Assembly (NCBI RefSeq): GCF_041146345.1
Contig: NW_027191409.1
Location: 62,001-126,000 of the forward strand
Source: Neodothiora populina
Lineage: Eukaryota
Direction of reading: 5' to 3'
DNA length: 64,000 nt
The position numbers were made by a program, and so were the translations under genes. Below the pieces are notes generated by a model that searched no databases, was not told where the DNA came from, and was given only the letters and a program-made list of their open reading frames with translations. Shown one piece after another: positions 1-13,235 of the stretch. Position 1 is the stretch's first letter. The number at the start of each line of letters is the position of its first letter.

Positions 1-681
1 TTGTCCATTTTCATCACAATCTCTTCGTCCCTTCTTAGTTGAAGCTGCTTTCGGCGCCGGAAAATTGAGGTCATGACCACGAGAGGACGAGAGAAAGCCC
101 AGCCTCGCATTACGACTTGTGTCGCGAGCGGGCTCCTTTCCTATGCCTAAGTAGAGAGAGTAGAAGTGATCGAACGACTGATACATTCCATAGCCATCAT
201 CATGCCCGGCTTCCAGTGTGGTTGAACCATCCACGAGGGAACCTCAGCATACGGAGTGGGAGAAAACTGCATTTCTGAAGAATCCCAGCGAACAGGGAGG
301 TGAGAGCTGTACATGGGCCTCTATTGGAGGTTTACACACTATGGGTCGGGGAACCTGGGCAAGTTTAGCTCATGATATGAAGCAGTGCCGGACACATGCT
401 TCGGAGGATATTCCATAACGCTCACAGATATCGCAAGGCGAAGAGGGGTGATGAGCGCAGAAATGAAAAGTACCATCAAACCTGATCCACAGCTGACAAA
501 ACACGCGCATCCAGCCTCAGTGAGTGTGCACGAGACGTGGCTATCTGCAAGCTCTCAAGCTCTAGACGTTCGATTGAGATGGAAAGTCATACGATTACAA
601 ACAACTTTTAGCGAGTACGACTACTCCACACTCGAATCCATCTATCGCAATTCTGATGTCCGGTCTCACCACCTCTTCCAA

Positions 682-3600
682 TCATCTCCTACCTAACCTG
701 TACAACACACTGCCCAAAGCGATATTGATGATCAAATGCCACGCGAGCCCCCAAGCCATAGCATACAGATACTTGGGACTAAAGACAGTCCAGATGAACA
801 AATGCGTCCTCAACGCCGTGCAAGCCGCCATGACAGCGACCAAGCCGGCGCAAACAAAGATGGTCAATGTAGCGAGGTGATCCGCCCACAGACCCTTCTT
901 GTCCATTTCCCTCTGTTCAATCTCTGCCCGTCTCGCAGAAGAAGAGGCAGAAGGCGGCTGGACGGACTGCTGCGCGAGATGATTCCTCTCCATCTCGATC
1001 CACTTCTTTCTCCTCTCCATCTTGATCCTCGCCTCTTTTTCCTCCGCAGTCTCGTTTTTGAGCATTGCTCTCACGACAGCATCATCGTCTTCCAGATCGT
1101 CGTAGTCGTCGGCGGCATCGCCGTCCCTGAGCCTCTGGATCAGCATGACCGAGCCTAGACTCCACCATATCGGTCCCGCCCAGTTGGAGCAGAAGAGAAG
1201 GACTCCGACTGCCAGCACGTTGTAGCCTGATATGCCGTTGTAGGCGTTGCCGAGATCGATGCTGCTTATTGCGTTGGACCCGCCGAGAGCAAAGTAGGAT
1301 GTGTGTGCCATTAGGAGGATCGAAAGTGTTGCCGGGAGAACAGAGGGGATCGGGGCAGCGGTGGTATAAAATTTGCCAGTGATGGTCGAAGGAGAGGCTT
1401 GCGAAGACGGCAGTGCTCCGCGGTCATGACTGCTGCTTTTAGTCTGTGCCAGAGCAGGTTCTTGAGATGTCAGGGTTGTATCGCTTTCTTCGATTGCAGA
1501 AGAGCTCGGAGGAGCCAACAGGTACTTGAGAAGCTGAAGCTGGATCTCAAAAATGAGGTACAGCGGTATGTTTTGTGCACGGGTCTGCGTCATCAGGAAG
1601 ACAGTCAGAAGATCATGCAGACGCTGAGGAAGAGGCACAACTACCACACGCATTCCCCGTTAGCATTGGTCTATCAAAAGAGTACACAAATTCGATGCAG
1701 ACTTACTTCTTTGGTTATCATCATCATCGCTGAGCCATTTCTCCCGAAGATGCATAAGCAAGATGATGGCGACGACAGCCACACCCATGCCTGAGAACGT
1801 CGCTCGAGCTTGCGACACCAGGTCCCATTGCGCAGTGTAATCTCTGAAACCCTGAGCCAAGTCCTGAATAAGCTCCGGAGCGTCCGCCTGGGTGAAGTTG
1901 AGTTTGAAAATCAGACTCGGCACCGTCAGACTAAGAGAAGTCATAACGGCGAGCTCTGGAGAGGCCATTTTCGAAAAAGTGCGACGAGCAAAACGGTACG
2001 ACATGTGCACATATGTCAGCAATATCAAGACCCAGAGGAATATGTGATGGTTGAGGAAGTAGTGATGGGCGACGTCAGGTGCACCCGCGTGTTTCTGGCC
2101 CGTCTGGTTCCAGCGCGTTATGAGTCGATGAGTGGCAAGAAGAACGATGGTAGCCACAGCTGCTCGAACGTTCGATGTACGGCGAGCGCCCTCTGCGTCA
2201 GGAGTGGAAGACGAAAGCGGCCGAATGAAGTAAAGGCACAGAAACCATGCCGACGACATCCAGTACCAGAAGTGTTGCTCCTCCTCGACATAGCTGCTGG
2301 CAAACATCATAGCTCCGTACAGCAAAATGACGGAGGTGAAACCCAGAATGCCAGCGCTCGGTCGACCAGAATTCTTCCTCGAAGAAATAGCAATCACAGT
2401 TGCGATTATTGCCACAATGGTACCCCCTACCAGGTTCGTGACGTTGTAACTGCTGGCAGTGGCGCTGAGAGTATCCTGGGCAGTTTTCAGAAACTAAATA
2501 TGGTCAGCTAGTGTGGTCTGCGCAACTTGGTATTCACCCACATCAGTCAGTGCATGATCAAGCAGATCTTCACCATGCGAGGCTCGTTGTACTGTTCGCC
2601 ACTTGCACGAAAGCTGTTCCACTCCTTCAACGAGCTGGTCACACGATGCCGCTGTGTCGAGGTTAGAATCATATGTCGAAGATACTTCGAATGCATCTTC
2701 CCCATATGCTGCTTTCAAGATAGTTATCAACTGCAGGGCATTACGGTAAAGCAGTTGCTGATCGCTGCGGAGGCTTTGCTCGGACTCGTGCCGGGTCCAG
2801 AATTGGAGGATCTCCGGGATGATGATCCCAAGATTGTTCTTCGATATTGGGACCCCAAGTAGAGCGGCGAGAGTGGGAACGAGATCGCTCTGCTCAATTT
2901 GACGGTAGTACTCGAATTCCGTGCCATCTTTTGGACTAGTAGGAGATTTGTAGTCTACAGGCTTACGGCAGTATGCTTTGGCCCTGTCCTCCTCATAACG
3001 CATTGCATCTCGGGAAGCAAGTTTTTGATAGACAGCCCTGTCGGCAGGATCCAAGTCTGCCCATGCTTGTGTCAAGTGCTGAGCCAGAGCTTTCTGACGT
3101 GCAACCGTGTCGGCCTTACTCAATCTCTGAGCTTGCTCTGCAGCAAAGACTGAAGCAGCAGCCACACGAGGCTGAATCCGGTCACTCGGACCGGTATCAT
3201 CATCATCTGCGCCAGCGTTGTGTTGTAAAACAGCGTCGCAAGTAATTTGTCTTAATTTTGGAGAGATAAAGACCAGAGCAGGGCTGGTCTCCCCAGCGGC
3301 AGAACCACCGTGGTTACCACCCGCATTCATACCATGGTCACCAGCCAATACAAGCAAGGTGTTGTCGAGATGTGGTAGCGTGTCAATGGCCTCGTAAATA
3401 TCATACACAATGCCGTCCATTTCCTCTTGTTTTGGAAGCATGTGAGGGCTCAGCGGACCGGATTTGTGACCGATATGGTCCAGACCTAGATAATGCATAA
3501 TCATAGCATTCCAATCCGATTGGGCGAGCTCGTACGGAAGATGGCGAGTGACGTTGTTGTCGACTTCGGTGAAGTCGGAAACGAAAAAGCTACTCGTGCC

Positions 3601-4415
3601 ATCTGTACGATGGAAGAAGTCGGGAAAGAGCTTCAACCATGTGTCGTCGCCGTAGAAGACCAGCTTGCCTTCATCTTCGCCAGGGGACTTCAAGTGGGCC
3701 TTGATCTGGGCCAGCCATGTATCTTGTGACGACAGAGAAGACGATGTATCACTCTCGGCAAAGTTCAGGATCAAGTCGAGGAATGATGGGACAGATCCTG
3801 TTGTGAGACCCTTCACCCTCGGCATAGTCACAGTAGGCGGAGCAGCATGGGCTGTGAACGGGACAGCAGCACCGGTACGTATAAGACTGCACATCACTTC
3901 AGCTCGGGAATAGAATGGACTGCAATTGGCACTAGCTACCTCTGCGTGAAGACAAACCCCGAGTCTCGTCCATAGACAAAATCGCTACAGCCCTGTCAGC
4001 CCATCTCCCGTGATATACATTGACGCCATCCATTTGCAGTCGCCGGTCTGCTAGTGGGCAAACTTCTGGTTCGAAGGAAATGATTAATACGAAACAACAA
4101 GCAAGGTAGTGGTTGAGAAGATACCACTATCTCATCCTTGCTGGACACAGAATGATTTGCCTACCTTCTTAGTGCATCAACGACCATGAAAATGACCTTG
4201 TCGAACACTCTTTTGGGCCTTGCATTCTCAACAGACGTTCTCAGGCCAGCTCCTGAGCTTTCAATCTGTTCAAAAGTCGCTAGCCCCGACAAAAAGGGCT
4301 TGTAAGGGAAAAAGCCGGTCGCGAACAATAAAATGGAAATCGGGATAAGGATATTAGCAAGCACCAGTCTACCCAAGTGCGCTCCATTGCCACTCCTGTT
4401 GATTCCTCGTGCCAT
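682..4415 (-). CDS. GPI7: GPI ethanolamine-phosphate transferase 2 (Gpi7/Las21, PIG-G family), 5 exons
   Basis: Motifs FDKVIFMVVDALR-SDF, PPTVTMPRVKGLTTGSVPSF, GDDTWLKLFP, HYLGLDHIGH, GDHGMN-GGNHGGS, FASSYVEEEQHFWYW, YFALGGSNAISSIDL and LRTHLFIWTVFSPKYLY. Introns at about 3985-4164, 3887-3939, 2494-2542 and 1641-1706 join the ORF-track pieces in frame. Confidence 0.95.
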
Positions 4416-5511
4416 TGTTGTTCGAGAGATATAGATACTCTGCGTCGGGATGGAGAATTAGGAGGTTGTGGTTGTTATATCAATATCACTCCATCGTATA
4501 GATGATTGATCTCTACGACTAGAGATACCCGGCTTGTGGATGGCACCGGATTGGCGTTCTAGAGAAGTCCAACCCAATCGCGATTATATAAGGCTGTCCA
4601 GGGAGGTGTTTGTTTGCGGCAGTCGTGCATGTAAAGTGCCTTACTTTCCAAGCAGTCGCGGTCACAACGCGTCGGGAGTGTCTAAAGATGCCCGCAAAAT
4701 GCCCACAAACAGTAGTCTTGGCGTCGTCATCAAAGGTACGGAGTACTGTTGACGCCCGCAACGTGTCACTTCCAGCTCATATCAAAGCTCGCCGATCCAT
4801 CTCCAAAACATACCTAGTCTTGAGTCCATGGTCATTATCGCTCTTGATGAACAACTACAAGTTGACCGTATCAGTTGGCGCTCATGCATTTTATCAGAAC
4901 CTCGAAATGAGGGGTGAGCGACGGTCGTTTGACTGACTGCAACGAATATAGTAAGTTGCTAGTCTTTCTGGTAAGGAATATTGTGCATCTCGAAACATCC
5001 GTAAGTTATGCGTCTTTAAAACAGTAGCATGACATGAACAGCATCTTGACCATGCAAATCATGGTCCTGTGGTGGTTCCAGCATCTATTCCGATGGAAAT
5101 AGCAAGCTAAGGCACTGCCCGGAGCGAGCGCCGCGTCCTGTTAGCATTGATACGGCATTGCAGCCAGTCATGTCAGAGTATCCCAGGGTCCGAAACGACC
5201 TTGCAAGCCATACAGGTCGCGGAGCCGGCGCCTGGCCCCGCTCTTACTGGATTGGACTTGAGCTTCATTGGTTCACCAGTGACTAATACTTCTCTCTACC
5301 GACGGCACTTGAGAGCACTTAAGGCCATGCCATGCTTGATTCTTGTTTATTATGCGTAGGCTGATCATCCCTTCTCAAGCATAGTGCATCGATATAGATG
5401 TGTGTCCCTGATCATCAAGCTTCAGCTTCACTACACAACACACCTTGCGGATATTTGAAGCAACCTGGAAGCCCCGCATCAAGATATCGCTTCTTCGCTA
5501 CATTCTGAAGA

Positions 5512-6582
5512 ATGTGGACGCTTTCCAACATACCTCAAGAAATCAGGGATCTCATCCTAGGTTTTGCATTATCAGATGACACCGTGGGGACAAGCATCGC
5601 CATGAATGCTTGCCACGATGGAGCGGCTTTCGTCAAAGAACGCTACCCGATTACAAATCTCAGCCACCTATTCCGTCGTGATGGGCTCAGAGCATTCACT
5701 CATGCGAACGAGCCGTTGACTGAGGTCGTGTGTCTATCCAAAAAGCTCTATACCCCGGTTTGCCTGCCACGAGTGCTGGCCAGTCTCAACCTGCCTTATT
5801 CTGTCAAGGGACAGACAACCTCACATCTCAACGATGTTTGTGGTCTGTGCTTTACCATAAGGGATCATCTGTTCGAACCTGTTCGTCAAACCATGCACTT
5901 TGGAGATCTTGTATGGGATCATGATGGAGCTGATGTAATCAATACCTTCTACAATGTAGCAGACCTCGTCTCGGACATCCAGGAGATGCTTCAAGGCCCG
6001 AACTCTAGTCATGGACCGGTGAAGATCCAAATTGTCTACGTTATGTCAACAGAATATGCTGCGGAGAGTCTGGGCGATGCACGTGTCGGAGAGCTGTGGC
6101 GAGACCTTCCCATCACTGTCGGTATCGACCTCGACGCCATTGTACCGGACCTGAGTAAACTTGACAACGACTGGGCGCTCGCTAAACAAACAGGTGGCAA
6201 GGACACGGCAGATAGCTTCAGGACGATGTCTGATCTTGGTTACATTCCGAGCGAGACCTCTCAGGATGACTCAGAGGACTGGGACATGGCCAAAGATAGG
6301 TTCTACCGAGAGGTCATGTTGCGTGGCCGTAACGACATCTTCGACGCGTGGCTGGCCGATGTCCGCCTCTATCATAGCATGCTGGTGCGGGTCATGCAAC
6401 ACATATGGCGGTCGTCCGTCGGTGATCGAAAATTGAACAGGGAGCTGTTCAGCTGGGATCGCTTCGTCAAATTGCATCACGACGACGACGGGATCGAGCC
6501 GTTGCTCAGAGATGTCGGTGCCATGTTGGACCGTGTCGAATCTGGCCCATCCGTCGACCCTGTATCGGCAACCACGACATGA
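5512..6582 (+). CDS. Hypothetical 356-aa protein with N-terminal F-box-like motif
   Basis: Intronless ATG-initiated ORF. N-terminus LSNIPQEIRDLILGFAL resembles the fungal F-box-like LxxLPxEIRxxI pattern; the remainder is not recognised. Confidence 0.6.
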   Translation: MWTLSNIPQEIRDLILGFALSDDTVGTSIAMNACHDGAAFVKERYPITNLSHLFRRDGLRAFTHANEPLTEVVCLSKKLYTPVCLPRVLASLNLPYSVKGQTTSHLNDVCGLCFTIRDHLFEPVRQTMHFGDLVWDHDGADVINTFYNVADLVSDIQEMLQGPNSSHGPVKIQIVYVMSTEYAAESLGDARVGELWRDLPITVGIDLDAIVPDLSKLDNDWALAKQTGGKDTADSFRTMSDLGYIPSETSQDDSEDWDMAKDRFYREVMLRGRNDIFDAWLADVRLYHSMLVRVMQHIWRSSVGDRKLNRELFSWDRFVKLHHDDDGIEPLLRDVGAMLDRVESGPSVDPVSATTT

Positions 6583-7976
6583 TCTGTCACTTGGAGAAGC
6601 TGTGCAGCAACAGCCGCTACTTCATTATCGCCATAACCTGCTTTCTAAGCGGGTCCTTCTCATTAAACGCGTCAGCAAAGGGACGACCATGGCAGGCAGC
6701 AGTCAAGTCTTCCCTACTATCGAAGGCAAACTCCTTGACATCTCTTGAGTCTCATCAGAAATACCCGACTTGGAAGTTTGGTGTTGACGATGCCACCTGT
6801 GTCGCTAATCCTTTTTCGAGCGAGCTGCTATGTGTGTTCATGTTCGCTGCTGTTGCATTCTCTGGCTCCAGCCAATCTCTTCAAAGACTGGCAACAACAG
6901 TAGCAGTAATACAAGGATCCGATACGCAGAAATACGGTTGTCTTTACCTTCGCTATCTCACGACAAGTATCACCCACCACGTCTGCATCACCACAGACTA
7001 CAACAACCACTTGCGCGTCCGCAAAAGGACTCGACACTGAATATGGTCTCTACATTTCGATTGTGCTTTATATGGCACATCATCCGAGAGGAGTGTGTCA
7101 GTCAGAACAGACCAACGAGGATATCAGGAATAAACCAACAATCACAAATGGGAGGGCTAGGGATAGGAAGATGCGTAAAGGGCGCTCAAGAGAGGAGGAA
7201 GGGCAAGAAGGGCAAGAACGAGGACCGAGGACAAAGCCATGCGAAACAGGACATAACAGCGAGAAGTGTCAGCACGGCTTACGACATGAACATGGAGGCG
7301 CGTCTCACAGCGACCCACGTATTCCCTTGGTTTACCGCATCGTACTTTAATGTCCCACGCGGAGTAGTAGCGCGAAGGGAATGGAACACAGTAATTGTGG
7401 GAAACAAGCCGTTCTCTTTCTTTCTAGCCTGAATGATGATGATGATGATGATGATGATGACGGAAAAGAGAACAACAATTTGTATTCTATATACGTGCTC
7501 ATTCACTTCCTCTACTGCCCAAGACTTCTGTACCTTATCCTTCCCATATACACGTCACGTATGTAATGTACAGCCAGTACGTTCCGCGATCTGATCACTT
7601 TCAACCATGACCAAGCAGCTCAGGGAATACAGGAGCAAGACACATCTTCCAAGGTATACAAGAAAACAACCGACAGATCAGAGACAAACCGAAGAATGTT
7701 GATTTTTGCTGACTCAAGGGAGGGTGGATATACATTTTTTGATTAAATGACCTTTTCGTTTTGTGGATCTGTACAGAGAGAGCAAAAAGAGTCCGAAAAG
7801 AGACTAGATAGGAGGGAAAACAAAACGCAAGAGGCTCTTTTCCCTTCTGAAGCAAACAGCAGCCCGAAAAATAAAGAAAGTCATTAGCATCAGCATCAGC
7901 ATCAAGCATCAGCGTCAATGACCCGTCAATAAAAAATGGTTCATGCCTAACTTTTCCTTTTCATCTTGTCAAGAAA

Positions 7977-10900
7977 CTACTCGGCCGACGCATCGACCAA
8001 GTTGTTCGCGCTCTTCCTGGCCTCGCTGGCCTCCTTTGCGATTTTTTGTAGAATGTCCCAGTCGCCGCTGGTCTCGCACATACTTCTGAAAGTGCCGCTC
8101 TCGTCGCGCACGAGGTCCCAGGGGTCGCCGAACTCGACGACTTCGCCCTTGTCGAGCACGAGCACCTTGTCGTAGTCGATGATGGTCTGCAGGCGATGCG
8201 CGATGGTGATGGTCGTGTTCTTGATCTCGCGTAGCGTCTCCTGGATCTTGGCGTCGGTGGCGTAATCGATCGAGGCCGTGGCTTCGTCCATGAGCATGAC
8301 CTTGGGGTTCTTGAGCAGAGCGCGAGCGAGGCAGAGGAGCTGGCGTTGGCCCTGAGACAGGTTGCTGCCAGACTCGGCGACGGCGGAGTTGAGGTTGAGG
8401 AAAAGGTTCTTGTTCTCGAACGCTGCAGAGATGCTCCCAGCTGGGGTGCCAGAAGATGCGTTCTGTACACGCAATGTGGCTCGGGAAGCTTTCGCAGTGA
8501 CTGTCTTGCCATTGGCCGGCGAAGATGGGCGGGAAGGAGAATTGGCTGCGGTGGCTGCTCCGATGAGCTGAACGCGGCGAAGAGCGGTGAAGATCTCCTC
8601 GTCCGTGAACAAACCGAAGGGATCGAGGTTGCTTCTGATGGTACCGGTGAATAGCGTCGGATCTGGTGAATAATCAGTATTGAATTTCTGGTCGTGTCAG
8701 TAATTCGCAACAACTTACCTTGCGGGACCATAACGATATTCTCGCGCAAGTCTTGCAAGCCAATCAAACCGATATCCATATCGTCAACTAGAATCTTACC
8801 CTCCTCTGCCTCGAGTGCTCTGAACAAGGCCAGTGCCAGGGAACTCTTTCCTGCACCTGTTCGGCCAACGACACCAACCTTCTCGCCAGGACGAATCTTG
8901 AAAGTGATGTGCTTCAGGACAAAATCAAAATCTTCACGGTAGCGGGTGCTGTAGCCAATAAATTCAACACCTCCCTTGCTCGGCCAGTTGGCTGGAGGTC
9001 TGTTGTCAGGCACGATCGGTGCAGCTTCTTGCTCGACATCGAAATATTCCTTGATACGCTCGACAGAGTTCATATTTTGCTCGTTGAAAGAGTACAAGCG
9101 GACGAACCAGAGAACGTTCTCGGTGAAGGTGACAGCGTAAGTCATGGCGAGACCAGCAGCACCAGCGTCGATCCGGCCAACGCTCAAGATGACAAATGCG
9201 CCAGCGAAGAAAGACACGAGAGCACCAGTCACATCGACACGGAAGGCCAACCAGCGATTAGCACCCCAAAGGTAGATGAATGGCCTAGAGTGGGTGTTGA
9301 CCTTGGTGAGATTGTCCCTGATGAACCGGCGCTCATCACCATAGGCTCTGATGGTGGTCATGCCAGATAAGGTCTCACCGAATTGTTGGTACAGAGGACT
9401 TCTCTGAACAGACTCCAGTCTCTTCAAGTCACGAGAAGAGTTGATGTAGAACATACCAATCAGGAAGTACATGATGGTGATGAAGACGCCGGCGATGAGG
9501 AAAGCAGGAGTGATGACGGAGATGAGTATAACGATAGTGATGATGGAAGCCATGCAGTGGACGACACCTACAGCGACCGGGGCGATTTCTTGATCGACAG
9601 CTTCGATGTCCTTGGAGAAACGGTTCATCAGTTGTCCCAAAGGTGTGGAGTCGAAGAAACGCAGCTTGGCGCGCATGACAGCCTCCATGAGACGTCTGTG
9701 AATGAAGGCAGAAGCAACCAATGAGCCGCCAAAGAGCACACCCTCACGCAGAGCTGTGACAATCATGAAGGTAATAGCAAGCACGGCATAGATGGCCAGG
9801 TAGTATTTCGCATCCACCTTGGACGAGCCGTCATCCATGGTCTGAACAGAGTAATCACTGCTGCTGGAGTTGCCGAAGAAGGGAAGGCTCATGAGGCATG
9901 ATCCAGTTCTCAGGCAGGATACGGAGCTACCGATGCCGCTGTGCACGTGGGTGAGAGGGGAGGCTCTGTGTAGACTCGTGATACCAACCTCGCCTTGGGC
10001 AGCATAGGCGTTGGCCCATTCTCTGATCCAAACATTGGTGGCGACCTGGGCGACCTGTTGCGATGCGAAGATGGCAGCAGCCAGAACCCAGTAGTACCAT
10101 CTACCCATTGACTTCAGGTACATGGCGACAATACGGAGGCTCACACTACCAGTGGCCTTGGCCTCGGTGGGCATCGTGGCGTCAGCATTCTTGCTCATAC
10201 CTGGGATATCCTTGGAGACGACTCTGGCTAGAGCCGCGCCGTTAGCATCACCATTAGTTGCGCCGTTGCCGTTAGCATGATTGTGATTCTCGCCGAATGC
10301 CTCATCACCGCCAATGTCCGAAGGCACTCTGGATGGGATGGTAGAGGTACCCTCTGAAGCAGGTAGAGACTTGGAGAGGTCTTCGGTCAGCACTCCGGAT
10401 GAGATGACTTCGCGAGCGGTGCCTTGAGCGGTGACCCTGCCATTCTCGAGGATGACAGCGAAGCTTGCGTGCGGCAGACATTGAGTGACGTTGTGGGTGA
10501 CCAAAACGCAAGTTCTGTTGAGCATCAACGGACCCATGAGAGCTTTATCAAAGATCCATTTCGAGGTGTGAGAGTCGACAGCGCTCAGGACGTCATCGAG
10601 GAGTACGTGTCTTGCGTTGCAGTAGAGTGCACGAGCCAAAGAGATGCGCTGTTTCTGACCTCCCGACAATGTGACTCCCTTCTCGCCTACCAGAGTCTGA
10701 TCACCAGCATCGAGGATCTCCAGGTCTCGCTGCAGAGAGCAGGCGACGATGACGTTCTTGTACCTCTTGGCATCGAAGGGGTTCGCGAAGAGAATGTTTT
10801 CCTTGATGGTACCGTTGACAAGCCATGCCTGCTGAGCGCAGTATGCAACACTTTCGGTGAGTCCGGTCTCTGGGTCCTTCTTCATGTCCTCGCGGCTGCG

Positions 10901-13235
10901 AGCGCCGGGCAGATAGACGTCGCCTTCCAACTTGTGCATCTCACCGAGCAGAGCCATCAAAAGCGAGGTTTTTCCACTTCCAGTCGGACCAGCGATGACG
11001 TTGAGCTCTCCCACCTTGAAGCGCATGTTCAGATCGATCATTTTGAAGTCATCATCAGACTCGCTGCCCCAGGTGAAACTAGCGTCGTCAAAGCCAATGA
11101 CGGGTTCACCTTGCTCGTCGACTTCATCAGTCAGCAGTTGGTGGTACTTTTCGGTCTCGGGCTCGTTAAGATATTCCTCGATACGATCGACCGAGACCTT
11201 GGACTCCTGCACGTGGGCCACCATGTCCGCCAATTGGTCAAGGGGAATACGGAGAAGACTGAACAACGACAATGCAGTAAAGGCGACCGAGGGGATGAGA
11301 TCCTTCTTTTCGACGAGAGTGTAGACGAGGAAAGTGAAGGCGGTAATGATCATGGGAGCACCACCCCAGATGGTGGCAGCCAGAGCCCAGATGATATAAC
11401 GATTGCGAAGATACTTGAGCTCGTTGCGTCTCTTCTCCTCGACAAGACCGAGGAAACGGTCCTCCCAGGCGAAGTACTTGATGATGCGGATGTTGGTTAG
11501 AACCTCGTTGGTCGTGTGGATGCGGGCATCGGTGGCGGCAAGGATAAGCTTCTGCATCTTGGCGAATTGTTTGGAGATGGTGAGGTTGATTGGCAGCAAG
11601 AGAACCATGATGGTGATGCCAGCAATGGAACTGAAGCCGAGGATGCTGTAGAGCAGGTACACGGCCAAGGCGACCTGCACAGGAGTCTCCGCCCAGAGGA
11701 AATGCAGGTAGGCGCAAATCTCACTGACCTTGAAGGAGTCGACAGCCATTAAATTGATAATGGCTCCTGAAGTGACCTGTTCACCGGGCTCGTCGGCTTT
11801 CTTTGCGTCTGGCTTGGGACGTTCGCTGTTCTTCTTGCCTCTGAGGAGAGTCTTGAATTTCTGGAGGAAACCGGGCTTGGGCTCATCAGCGTCCTTCTTC
11901 TTCTCCGTCTCACCCAAGACCTTGTCCGCTGATGCGGCAGCTCTTCGACGCAGCGCCTTGCCATAGATTTCGCCGATGATAATGGCTCGGAGGCGAATGC
12001 AGACTTTACGCCCGACCCACAGAGCTTGGCCACCAGAGAGTGCAGAAACGACACCGGAAACAAAGAGCAGGATGACGTAGAACCAAGCGGCATTCTTGGG
12101 CGTGTCCTCGGGCTTCTCCACATACTCCAGAATGGCCTTGAGCAAGAGTGTTGGAACGAACAGATTGAGACCAGATATGACGGCCCACGAGGCTTGGATG
12201 AGCAGGCCGCGCTTGAAGTATTTCAGCAGATGGAACGCAAGCGCCGAAGTCTTCTTGACTTGGCGATAGTCGGCCAGCACTGCCTCGGCCTTGTCCTTGG
12301 CGATCAAGTTCCACACATCCGTCATCTCAAATGTCTTCTTGTATCCCTTCCACACGATCGGGTCGACCCAGGAGAAAGTGGCCAAGGACAGGACGCTGGC
12401 CAAGGGTTCTCTCGAGGGCTCGAGGTTGCCCTCATACTCCAGTTCCACCGGCTTGTTGCCTTTTCTAGAAGTCAGCGCGATGAGAGCGAGCAGAGTCGTC
12501 AGAGCGAAGTCGACGCTGGAGAGAGACTGCGCGAGGTGGGAGCGGGGGTGAATGATGGCGGAGCGGAACAATAGCATGCTCAAGACCCACTGCCAGCAGT
12601 AAAGGAAGGCGGTATGGTACCAGAGCGAGGGGAATGTGAGCTTGGCCGTGGCCGACGAGACGAGACGGAAAGTGGTCAAGATGGCGACGTAGGACCGGAC
12701 GAGTAGCGAGACGATTTCGCTGATGCGATACCGACGGCTGCTACCCCATGCACCTGTGCTGATGGCAGCGATGTGAATTCCAACCTGACCCAGTACGGCG
12801 AGCTCTTCAATCAATGGCAAAATCAATTCGCCTCTCGGCCTGTCCAGAGTGATGACCGACGCATCGGTATGCGTCAGGACGGCGCGGATGGCCAGATCCT
12901 CGTTGCGGTCTTCCTCGTCTTCGGTATCATCGTCGTCGCTCTCGCCATTGGCATGTGGGACTCGGAAGTCCCATGGATGAGGATGGGTGGGGTTAAGCTG
13001 TTTGTAAGCGAAATAGAGATTTGACTGTCTTGCGTGTAGGATTAATTGGATTGCGAGATAGATTAGTGATAGACCGGTGGCGATCAGCGGGAAGATGGCA
13101 CGGAGGTAGCTGGGGGACTTTTGATCAGCGGGCTGGCCTTTTAATTTGTCCAAAGAGATCAACTCACTCTGCCTGGAAACACGACGAAAAGTCATCGGCT
13201 CTCCAGACGAGTCCATTGCATTGGCCGTACACCAT
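7977..13235 (-). CDS. YBT1: ABCC/MRP-family vacuolar ABC transporter (Ybt1/Bat1 bile-acid transporter-like)
   Basis: Two NBDs (GPTGSGKT/LSGGQKQR; GRTGAGKS/LSQGQRQ, TIAHRL) and two TMDs. Probable start ATG at 13235 (MVYGQCNGLVWRADDFSSCFQA), with intron 13110-13167. Intron ~8665-8718 restores VPQ-DPTLFTGTIRSNLD. Stop TAG at 7977. Confidence 0.9.

Noticed and set aside
1..120. Possible minus-strand gene start at the window edge (ATG at 8)
   Set aside because: Only a couple of codons are visible, so no call can be supported.
4845..4937. Box C/D snoRNA-like TGATGA...CTGA pair
   Set aside because: Only about 8 nt of recognisable rRNA complementarity and no terminal stem; compatible with chance.
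7432..7460. (GAT)n tract; also (AGCATC)n at about 7887 and (ACG)9 at about 29943
   Set aside because: Ordinary microsatellites. The poly-Asp, poly-Ile and poly-Thr ORFs they create are artefacts.
10424..11500. 358-aa antisense ORF within the ABC transporter
   Set aside because: Shadow ORF expected from codon bias on the coding strand; no motifs.
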